Below are positions 27,051 through 37,486 of a DNA stretch of 64,000 nt, one piece after another. The notes beneath the pieces were generated by a model. The model was not told the origin of the DNA, searched no databases, and saw nothing but the letters and a program-made list of their open reading frames with translations. Source of the stretch: Eledone cirrhosa (lineage: Eukaryota); the NCBI GenBank assembly GCA_964016885.1, contig OZ024764.1:16182001-16246000 (forward strand), in the 5' to 3' direction. Both the position numbers and the translations under genes were made by a program. Numbering within the stretch: the stretch's first letter is position 1; the number at the start of each line of letters is the position of its first letter.

Positions 27051-27441
27051 GAACTGGTTTCCAGATCCCTCAGTATGTAGCCAATGCCCTCAACATGAAC
27101 TCCTCAGGTGACACTGCTACGCCACCACCAACTCCCGCTCCTGCCCTCTCTACCCAGTCCCCCACACCAATGATACAGGCAAGTGCTGCGGCAGCCGCTG
27201 CTGCAGCCCTTGTTAACCTCACCACATCACCCCCTGTCGGGGTCGCTCCTGGCGGTGCTGCTGGCACAGGTGCAGGTGGTGCTGGTATTGCTGGTATTGG
27301 TGGTGCTGGTGGAGGTAGTGGTGCAGGTGGTGGGGGTGGTGGTGGGGCCACCACCGCCGGTCAACAGTCTACGCAGGCTACCAACGGACCTCCGATCCCT
27401 ACACAATGTTTCATGTTGGCCAATATGTTTGATCCTTCGTC
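27051..27441 (+). CDS. RBM39: RBM39 exon, Ala/Gly-rich linker and start of UHM
   Basis: GTGFQIPQ...AAAAAAAA...GGGGGGG...[17 protein letters not shown]; 391 nt, phase 1/2, ttccag and gtgagt sites. Confidence 0.93.
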
Positions 27442-27459
27442 GTGAGTACCATGTGATTT

Positions 27460-27780
27460 ATTAACCCTTTCTTTTCCTGTGTCATTAACCCTCTAATTAC
27501 CATATTTCTAATGAAAGACACAGTCTATGTCATTAACCCTGTCTATGTCATTAACCCTTTCACTACCATATTTCTAATGAAAGACACTGTCTGTCATTAA
27601 CCCTTTCATTACCATATTTCTAATGAAAGACACTGTCTATGTCATTAACCCTTTCATTACCATATTTCTAATGAAAGACACTGTCTATGTCATTAACCCT
27701 TTCATTACCATATTTCTAAAGAAAGACACTGTCTATGTCATTAAACCTTTCATTACCATATTTCTAATGAAAGACACTCT
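27460..27780. repeat. 48-bp minisatellite, reverse complement of the 1283-1840 array
   Basis: same MKDTVYVINPFITIFL periodic translation on the opposite strand. Confidence 0.93.
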
Positions 27781-27843
27781 CTCTCTTTCTCTCTCTCCTC
27801 TCCTCTCTCTCTCTAATCTCTCACTCTGTCTCTCTTCCTTCAG

Positions 27844-28028
27844 AGAATCCAAGTTAAACTGGGATCAGGAGATTCGAGATGATGTTATTGAGGAATGCAA
27901 CAAACATGGAGGTGTTGTGCATATCTACGTTGACAAGGCCTCTGTACAGGGCAACGTTTATGTCAAGTGTCCCAATATTGCAGCAGCAGTTGCATCAGTA
28001 AATGCACTGCACGGCAGATATTTTGCAG
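27844..28028 (+). CDS. RBM39: RBM39 exon, UHM/RRM3
   Basis: ESKLNWDQEIRDDVIEECNKHGGVVHIYVDKASVQGNVYVKCP...ALHGRYFAG; 185 nt, phase 2/1. Confidence 0.97.
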
Positions 28029-28398
28029 GTAAGTAATTTTACATTAAAGGTATTTGAATTATTATTATAATGGATTGGCAGTAGAAGCAGTAGAGCATCA
28101 GCGATCATGCTTTATGGCCCTTTATGTTCTGTGTTCAAAATCCCAGTGCTTTTCATCCTTATGGGGTCGATAAAATAAAGTACCAGTCACGCACTGGGGT
28201 CGATTTAATCAACTTTCCCCTCCCCCCAACTTACCTTGTGCCTATACTAGAAATCATTTTTATCATTAAAGATGAAAGGCAAAGTTAATCCCGCCGAGGT
28301 TAACTTTGCCTTTCATCCTTACGGGGTCGATAAAATAAAGTACCAGTAATGCACTTGGGTAATTGCTGGCCTTGTGCCTAAAGTAGAAGCAATTATAT

Positions 28399-28629
28399 TA
28401 CTAGCAGATGTACCCGGCGTTGCTCGGGAAATGAATGACAGCTTGAATTGTTCAAGGTCGTTTATGGCTTAGCTAGCAACTTGTGAGTGCATGTCAGCTT
28501 ATGTCAGCTAATTGGCTAGCCAATGTGAGGTTGCCTGAAGAGCACGTGCCAAATCGGCCTAGTACTTCAAAAGTTAAAAGGAGCCTAGTATTTGTACACA
28601 GACAGACTTGCTTTTATATATATATAGAT
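28399..28629 (+). mobile_element. Helitron/HINE-like non-autonomous element
   Basis: starts ctagc...tacccggcgttgctcggg and ends acagacagac...ttttatatatatatagat, a typical DINE/HINE layout. Confidence 0.55.
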
Positions 28630-29416
28630 GGTCGTGGAGGTGCCACGGCAATAAAGCACCCAGCCCACACTGTAAAGTGGACATGTAGGCGCCACGAAAA
28701 AGCACCCAGCACTCACTGTAAAGTTGTCGTGGAGGTGCCACGGCAAAAAAGCACCCAGCACTCACTGTAAAGTGGACGTGGAGGTGCCACAGCAAAAAAG
28801 CACACAGCCCACACTGTAAAGTGGACGTGGAGGTGCCACAGCAAAAAAGCACCCAGCCCACACTGTAAAGTGGACAGTGGAGGTGCCACAGCAAAAAAGC
28901 ACCCAGCCCACACTGTAAAGTGGACGTGTAGGCGCCACGAAAAAGCACCCAGCACTCACTGTAAAGTGGTCGTGGAGGTGCCACGGCAAAAAAGCACCCA
29001 GCCCACACTGTAAAGTGGACATGTAGGCGCCACGAAAAAGCACCCAGCACTCACTGTAAATGAGGTTGGTGTTAGGAAGGGCATCCAGCTGTAGAAATCA
29101 AGCCAGATCAGTTCCTGTATGAGCAAGACAAGGTCAGCTGACCAGACACTGCACACAACAGGACAACCCGTCTAACCCATGCTAGCGTGGAAGAAAGGAC
29201 GTAAAACGGTGATGATGATGATCATCATCATCATCATTAAGGATGAAAGGCAAAGTTAATTCCGCCGAGGTTAACTTTGCCTTTCATCCTTTAGAATAAA
29301 GTTCCAGTAATACACTGGGGTAATTGCTGGCCTCTTGTGCCAAAAATAAGAAACATTTATTATTGTTTTTTTGTTTTTTTTGTTATTGTTGTTATTGTTA
29401 TTGTTTATGTTTTCAG

Positions 29417-29577
29417 GCAAGCTGATAACGGCTGCGTATGTGCCACTACCAAACTACCACGCATTGTTCCCGGAGGCTGTGCGCGCTAACCAACTACTCC
29501 TGCCCTCCACACAGGCTCTTCAGTACAGTTATGGGACGGCACTTTACCCAGGAATACCTCCCAACATCTCCCGGTGA
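29417..29577 (+). CDS. RBM39: RBM39 last coding exon
   Basis: KLITAAYVPLPNYHALFP...NISR-TGA after a tttcag acceptor; phase matches the previous exon. Confidence 0.95.
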
Positions 29578-30470
29578 TCCAACGCTTCACCACCACCACC
29601 ACCACCACCAACACCTCCTCCCCCCTCACCACCTCCACCACTTTCCTTTATTGTATACTTTTGATTTTTAATTCCTCTCCACCTCCACCTTCTCCTCCAC
29701 CTACTCCTCACTTCTGCCTTATTTTTACTCTTTTTTTCCCTCCTTTTTTAAATTTCCAATGTCATCTCTCTCTCTCTCTCTCTCACTCTCTCTCTTTCTT
29801 TTTCTTTCTCCCACTCTCTTCCTCTTTCTCTCCCTCATCTTCGATTGCCTCCCCTTTCACTCTCTTGCACCACCTCCTCCCTCTATCCCTCCCTTCCCCC
29901 CTCTCTCTCTCTCTCTCTCTCAATTTAACCTTGGGGGTGGGGTGGGGGAGAGGGAGAGGAGAAAGAATAGGGTGATTATTATTATCATCATCATCATCAT
30001 CACCATCACCACCACCATCGCCACCACCACCACCACCACCAACAACAAGATCATCATCATCATCATCATCATGGCATTCACCTCATACAAAACAACCCCC
30101 CCTCCCCGGCTTTGTCTTGTCTTCTTCCTCCCCCCCCCCCATCATAATCACTTCCAGTTTCTACCCCCAACCCAAACCCCTACAAAACACTGTAAAGATA
30201 TGTTTAGTGAAAGAAACACTTTTTTCCTTTTTTTTTTCTTTTTTTTTTTCCTTTTCTTTTCCTTTATTTCCATGTGCTTCGTTTCTTTAATAACATCATT
30301 AATTAATTAAATCAACTTTGGAAACAATATTGTTGTTGTTGTTGTTGTTGTTAATACATTTACATATCCGCTGTGTGAGAGCTACAAGCCAATTTTTTTA
30401 TTTTCAGCAAAGCCAGCCATAAAATGTGAAATCACTCAGTATGTAAATAAGACTAATTAGCTGATGTATA

Positions 30471-30512
<42 letters not shown>

Positions 30513-30573
30513 TATGTGTGTATATATATATGTATATGTATGTGTGTGTGTGTGTGTATATATATATGTATGT

Positions 30574-30970
30574 TTAGGGCGGGTAAAATTCCCGAGATCC
30601 ATGGACGAGTTCTCTCCAGCAGTCTCTGTCCCTCATTATAGCTGCCATGTCCTGCGTCTCCAAGAGACCCGTGTCTGTCCTTAGGACATCAACATATGTC
30701 AACCTCGGTCTCTCGCTTCCAGTGTGTCCGTGTAGGGGCTCCCACAGGAGCACTGAGTGCAGTGTCAACTCTGGATGTCGGTGAGCATGTCCAGCCAACC
30801 TCAGTCTCTCGCTTCCAGTGTGTCCGTGTAGGGGCTCCCACAGGAGCACTGAGTGCAGTGTCAACTCTGGATGTCGGTGAGCATGTCCAGCTAACCTCAG
30901 TCTCCTCTGTGTCACTATTGAGCTGACATTTGGGAGGCTCCCATACAGCTCTGAGTTCTTCATCCTCAGT
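30574..30970 (-). mobile_element. RTE-like LINE 3' fragment with internal duplication; related + copy at 36075-36345
   Basis: RRLRLAGHAHRHPE...LLWEPLHG...RPRLTYVDVL. Confidence 0.8.
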
Positions 30971-30993
30971 GTATATATACATGTGTGTGTATG

Positions 30994-31025
<32 letters not shown>

Positions 31026-31683
31026 TACACGTGATGCGCATGAAAGACGACAGCTGTATAAAAAAGTGCAGGGCAATAAAAATAGACGGTAGCCACGGAG
31101 TAGGCAGACCCAGAAAAACCTGGGACGAGCTGATAAATTCCGACCTCACACACTTACACCTCTCCAAGACAATGTCACTGGACCGAGATCTTTGGCGCTA
31201 CACAGTAATAGAGAAGACCTGCCTTACCTAAATACAAAGTAAAACCTACAGTCAGTAGGCACCTCTAACAAAATACACCCCCGTCCCACCACCCCCACCT
31301 CATCCACACTACCCCTTTCAATGTAAAGTTATGTTGGTGTCACAACATCCAGTCCTAAACAAATGAGGTCGTGTAGGTGTCACGACAAAAAAACACACAG
31401 TCCACGCTGTAATGTGGCCGTGTAGGTAACACGGTAAAAACCTCCCAGTCCACACTGTAAACGTGGTTGGTGTTAGGAAGGGCATCCAGCCGTAGAAAAC
31501 CCGCCAGACAGTCCTATGCGAGCAAGACAACCACTCTTGCCTCAAGTGGGAAAACTCCCGTCCAAACCCATGCTAGCGTGGAAGATGGACGTTAAACGAT
31601 GATGATGATGATGATGATATATGTGTGTGTGCATGTATATATGTGTGTGTTTATAATATACATATATGTATATATATATATAT

Positions 31684-31931
31684 ACCGGGTGTACCAGCAA
31701 AATTGTCCAAATTTAAATTCAACTTCAACCCTCTGTATCTCAGGAACACTTAAAGATAACTTAATGGAATTGTCAGGGGTTTCCTAACACTGTTGGACTC
31801 TACTCTGAGCTAGAAAAATGTTGATTACTCTCCAAGTTCACCAGAAGAATTTGTGATGAAGTTTATCTTGGACGAAAATGACATTTTCATAAATAATTAA
31901 CCAAAGCTCAGGATTGGGAGCTCATCATCAC

Positions 31932-31965
<34 letters not shown>

Positions 31966-32900
31966 GTTTAACGTCCATCTTCCACGCTAGCATGGGTTTG
32001 GACGGGAGTTTTCCCACTTGAGGCAAGAGTGGTTGTCTTGCTCGCATAGGACTGTCTGGCGGGTTTTCTACAGTTGGATGCCCTTCCTAACACCAACCAC
32101 ATTTACAGTGTGGGGCTGGGAGGTTTTTACCGTGTTGCCTACACGGCCACATTACAGCGTGGACTGTCTGGCGGGTTTTCTACAGCTGGATGCCCTTCCT
32201 AACACCAACCACATTTACAGTGTGGACTGGGAGGTTTTTACCGTGTTGCCTACACGGCCACATTTACAGCGTGGACTGTGTGTGTGTTTTTGTCATGACA
32301 CCTACACGACCTCATTTGTTTAGGACTGGATGTTGGGGTACCAACATAACTTTACATTGAAAGAGGTGGGGGTAGTGGGACGGGGGTGTATTTTTGTTAC
32401 AGGTATCTACTGACTGGGTTTCGCTTTGTACTTAGGCAAGGCGGGTCTTCTGTATAACTGTGTAGCGCCAAAGATCTCATAAACGATTGGAATAAAGTTT
32501 GAATGGAAGCTCAAAGCTTTATTCCAAAGAAATCCTACCTGTTAAGCATCAAGAGTTGCTCCTCTTTTGGCAATGACTTCCTCAACCCTCTTTCTGACTG
32601 CACCATAAGCTTTCTTAATGAATGTCCTCCTCCCATGTCCTACGGATGGAGATTTTGAGGGCTTGCAGGTTACTCTGAGGCTGCACACACGCTTTTCTGA
32701 CCAGTTCATTCCAGCTGCTGAAGCCTAATAGGTTCAAATCAGGGGATCATGGGGGCCAACTGTCCTTATCCCAAAACCTTTTCCCAAACTCATCCCTGAG
32801 AAATTTTTGAGCCACCCCACTTGTGTGACAAGAAGCTCCATCTTGATGGAATGTAAACTTGGATTGAGTTGCATCTCTTCTTATTGATCTCTTCTGCTTC
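31684..32900 (-). mobile_element. decayed Tc1/mariner-superfamily element interrupted by a SINE
   Basis: minus strand FTFHQDGASCHT and FWDKDSWPP*SPDLN; TA-ccgggtgt TIR-like end at 31684. Confidence 0.7.
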
Positions 32901-33149
32901 AAATAGTGTGTAGATGTGCGCGGGGACAGGAAATACCTGGGTTGGGGTCCAGGCGCGCAGATAGCCCACTAGAAGTGAGATGTCCCCTTAGCTGTTGTCA
33001 CAACACTTTTCTAGGAGAGGGAAACTGCAAATAAACACCTGCAGTCTTGAGGGCACCTGATGATGTTAACCAGTTCTTTTCCGTACATGCTCTCCATGCT
33101 CAGAGAGTGGGATTAGTTCTGTGCAAGGCTTTTCTTCACTTTAAAAATT

Positions 33150-34400
33150 GCTGATATCCAAAGAAAATCCTGATCAGGTGGCATGACCACTTTGATGAGC
33201 TCCTTAACAACCATCAGAAATCGATGATGAGTTCATCCGGTTGATTCCATCCAGACCTACAAAGCTGGCAATGGCTGATCCTCCTTCATCTTATGAGGTG
33301 GCAAAGGCCATTGCCAAATTAAACAGTGGCAAGTCACCTGGAATGGATGGACTGAGTGCCAAGATTTTCAAGTGTGCTGGTGATAATTTCTTAAACTGCC
33401 TCACTGATCTCTTTGTGAATGTTTGGAATGATGAAGATGTACCACTGGACTGGAAAGATGCATTGATGGTGGTACTTTACAAAGGAAAGGGAGCCAAAGA
33501 TGACTGGCAACTACAGAGGTATTTCACCGCTATCTGTGGCTGGGAAGATCTTGTGCAGGATATTGTTGGACAGATTGATACAGCACATAACTGTTGAGGT
33601 ATTTCCTGAGTCCCAATGTGGCTTTAGGAATGGCAGAGGCACTGTTGACATGATCTTCTCGGCCAAACAACTTCAAGAGAAGTGCATTGAGCAGCGCATG
33701 GACTTATACCAAGTCTTTGTCAATCTGACCAAGGCATTTGACACCGTTTATCGGAAGGCTTTGTGGGTTATTTTGGAGAGATTGGGCTGTCATGAAAAGT
33801 TTGTGAACATTCTGAAACTCTTCCACGATGACATGCAGGCATGGGTAATTATCGGAGGTAAACTGTCTGAGCCAATCTCGGTTGAAAATGGTGTCAAGCA
33901 AGTTGATATACCTGCACCAACTTTGTTTTACCTTGTATTTTGCAATGGTGTTCTTTATGGCCTTCAAGGATTGTCAACATGGTATCTATCTCAGATATCG
34001 CACTTTCAGCAAGCTGTTTAACCTCAGGCGTCTCACTGCTAAGGTACTGAGTACCTTGATCAGAGAATTTCTGTATGTAGATGATTGTGATCCCTTCACA
34101 CACTCCCAGAGTGACATGCAGCACCTTGGCAACGTTTGCGATGGACCGGACACCTCTGCAGAATGGAAGATGATCGAATCACGAAACAGCTTTTGTATGG
34201 CAAGCTTTGTAAAGGTAAGAGGCCGCCTCACAAGCCAAACCGCTCTTTCAAAGATTGTGTAAAAAACTCATTGAAAACAAAACTGGTTTGATGGTGGCTG
34301 ACTGGGAGATAGAAGTTCTTGAAAGAGGGACTTGGCGTGGAATGGTGAATTTAGAGGACAGACGCATAGAGCAGGAGAATATCAAACGGGACGTGCGTAA
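33150..34400 (+). mobile_element. RTE (BovB-like) LINE reverse transcriptase pseudogene
   Basis: GKSPGMDG, YRGISPLSVAGKI, PESQCGFR, QLQEKC, KAFDTV, GVKQ, LYVDD across frameshifts. Confidence 0.92.
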
Positions 34401-34498
34401 GCAATGTCCGGGTGTATTTCTGGAAACGATCGGTGTCTCCGTTAAATTGGTGTGCCCTGAGTGTGCCCTTTTTTCTCTCTCTCTTGATACGTAAATAC

Positions 34499-34532
<34 letters not shown>

Positions 34533-34877
34533 CGATGGAGGCACATAGCTTAGTGGTTAGAGCATTGGCCTTGCAATCGAAAGGTTGGGAGTTCAATTCT
34601 CAGACCGGGTGATGTGTTGTTTCCTTGAGCAAGACACTTTATTTCACATTGCTCCAGTTTACTCACTGCAAAGTGGTCGTGGAGGTGCCACGGCAAAAAA
34701 GCACCCACCACTCACTAAATGAGGTTGGTGTTAGGAAGGGCATCCAGCTGTAGAAATCAAGCCAGAATCAGTTCCCGTCCCACCCTTGCAAGCAGGGAAA
34801 AGCGGACGTAAAATGAAATGATGATGATGATGATACGATATTAACAAATAGAAACTATATTTATAAAACCATATTTA

Positions 34878-34938
34878 TTTCATTATACATATTTCAAGGA
34901 CACCAAGTTAAATTATGGTGTGCTTTCATCAGATAAAA
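34878..34938 (-). ncRNA. type I hammerhead ribozyme motif
   Basis: ttttat-CTGATGA-aagcacacca/tggtgtcctt-GAAA-tatgta-TA-atgaaa. Confidence 0.7.
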
Positions 34939-35071
34939 TATAATATAGAGCAGTTTTATAAATAAATATTGACATACCCTTAAAGAATTGTTGAGTGCTT
35001 TATATCAGTTATAAAAATATTTGCTTGTTGTATCCCAACAATTTAAATAGAAATTCTACATATATATATAT

Positions 35072-35510
35072 ATAATGTAGGAGGTGAGTTTTATTGTAGT
35101 ACAATAAAGCAATGCAGATATCGGATAAGAAGCACTCTACAGTTTGTAGGACTGGAGTATACATAATATAAGATCAAAAGATGGTTAAAGGAGTTCCATG
35201 TATTTTATTATGCGCATTTCAAAAACAAACATCATCATGCAATAATATTTGTGTTTTCATCAGATAAAACAGGAGAACATGATATGAAGGCTAAAAAACA
35301 CTTGTGGATAGTGCAGTTTTAAATCAACATATAATCAACATATGTTGATTTAAAACTGCACTATCCACAAGTGTTTTTTAGCCTTCATATCATGTTCTCC
35401 TGTTTTATCTGATGAAAACACAAATATTATTGCATGATGATGTTTGTTTTTGAAATGCGCATAATAAAATACATGGAACTCCTTTAACCATCTTTTGATC
35501 TTATATTATA
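35072..35510. mobile_element. young Penelope-like hairpin-plus-tail element
   Basis: apparently perfect arms of about 170 bp (35163-35332/35340-35509), tail 35072-35162 (diverged copy 35619-35696), TA flanks. Confidence 0.8.
35403..35469 (+). ncRNA. intact minimal type I hammerhead ribozyme; mirror copy 35203-35269 on minus strand
   Basis: stem I ttttat/ataaaa, CTGATGA, long stem II, GAAA, palindromic stem III tgcgca, UA cleavage site at 35463. Confidence 0.8.
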
Positions 35511-35761
35511 TATATATATATGGTAGTGTAAATGTATGTATATTTAGGGTGGTTATCGTTGGTGTATATACTTGTTGGAGTAGCAACGACCTTGTCTACG
35601 TATATATATATATATATATAATGTAGGAGGTGAGTTTTATTGTAGAACCATAACAATGCATATATCAGTTAAGTAGCACTCGACAGTTGATAGAACTCTC
35701 TCTCTCCCTTCTTTCTTAATTTTTCCTCCGTTATTTTCTCCCTCTCTTCCATCTTTTAATT

Positions 35762-35828
<67 letters not shown>

Positions 35829-35832
35829 TCTG

Positions 35833-35864
<32 letters not shown>

Positions 35865-36341
35865 CCTTGGTGAACCTACAACAACTTAGCGTATTAATCC
35901 CTAAACTATATATATATAACAGAAAGGGTGTGGTAAGGAACCAGGTGGACCATAACGCACCAGAGTACTCAATACTTAGGGTAGTAGAGTGGGTAATAGG
36001 AAAAGAGTCAGGACCCCGACGGCTGAGCTCCGGCCGTTTTGACAGCTAGATCCGAACTATATATATATACAGTATACACTGAGGATGAAGAACTCAGAGC
36101 TGTACGGGAGCCTCGCAAAAGTCAGCTCAAAAGTGACACAGAGGAGACTGAGGTTAGCTGGACATGCTCACCGACATCCAGAGTTGACACTGCACTCAGT
36201 GCTCCTGTGGGAGACCCTGCATGGACACACTGGAAGAGGGAGACCGAGGTTAACATATGTTGATGTCTTAAGGACTGACACTGGTCTGTTGGAGACGCAG
36301 GACATGGCAGCGATAATGAGGGACAGAGACCGCTGGAGAGA

Positions 36342-37008
36342 ACTATACTAGATATAGACGTCAACAGGAAGACTGTAGATGGCCAATTGTAAGTTCGAAT
36401 CAACTATAAACCGATGATGAGTTTTGAAAAACTTTAAATAAAACACAAATGTGTGTGTGTCTGTGTGTTATGTATCACTATACTAGATATAGACGTCTAC
36501 AGGAAGACTGTAGATGGCCAATTGTAAGTTCGAATCAACTATAAACCGATGAGGAGTTTTGAAAAACTTTAAATAAAACACAAATGTGTGTGTGTCTGTG
36601 TGTTATATATAACTATACTAGATATAGACGTCTACAGGAAGACTGTAGATGGCCAATTGTAAGTTCGAATCAACTATAAACCGATGAGGAGTTTTGAAAA
36701 ACTTTAAATAAAACACAAATGTCTGTGTGTTATGTATAACTATACTAGATATAGACGTCAACGGGAAGACTGTAGATGGCCAATTGTAGGTTCGAATCAA
36801 CTATAAACCGATGATGAGTTTTGAAAAACTTTAAATAAAACATAAATGTGTGTGTGTCTGTGTGTTATGTATAACTATACTAGATATAGACGTCAACGGG
36901 AAGACTGTACATGGCCAATTGTAGGTTCGAATCAACTATAAACCGATGAGGAGTTTTGAAAAACTTTAAATAAAACACAAATGTGTGTGTGTCTGTGTGT
37001 TATATATA
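36342..37008. repeat. tandem repeat of about 135 bp, 5 copies
   Basis: actatactagatatagacgtc...ggccaattgtaagttcgaatc...aaaacacaaatgtgtg repeated. Confidence 0.92.
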
Positions 37009-37023
37009 TAAGATATGGGAACC

Positions 37024-37486
37024 CCCCTACGTGGTCGGTCGACTTACTCGAAATAGTAGTCAAAGAGAGGAGATTTTTTTTCACCCGATACAAAAAGTAG
37101 GTTTATAAATATTAATTTTCACTATATTTATAAGGTGGTCTCGTTGGCCGAGTGGTACGGTGCGTTGAGTCTGCTGAGATACTGGTCGGGGTTCGATTCC
37201 GGCCAGCGTCTACACATAGGGGGTCTTATTAAACTTTTTCAGTTTTTCTCTAAGAGATAAAATAAAAACTGAAAAAGTTTAATAAGACCCCCTATGTGTA
37301 GACGTTGGCCGGAATCGAACCCCCGACCAGTATCTCAGCAGACTCAACGCACCGTACCACTCGGCCAACGAGACCGCCTTAAAAATATAATGAAAATTAA
37401 TATTTATAAACCTACTTTTTGTATCGGGTGAAAAAATCTCCTCTCTTTGACTACTATTTCGAGTAAGTCGACTGACCACGTAGGGG
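37024..37486. mobile_element. foldback element with a tRNA-like Pol III cassette in each arm
   Basis: arms about 37024-37247/37264-37486; A box 37145-37155, B box 37190-37200; older relatives 41545-42050, 37540-37760, 52340-52560. Confidence 0.8.

Noticed and set aside
36342-37008. Tandem retrozyme with a hammerhead in each 135-bp unit
   Set aside because: Only ccgatga plus a weak stem; no correctly placed GAAA or stem III
37138-37210. Functional tRNA gene
   Set aside because: A and B boxes are present but no convincing acceptor stem or cloverleaf; it is part of a repeat arm
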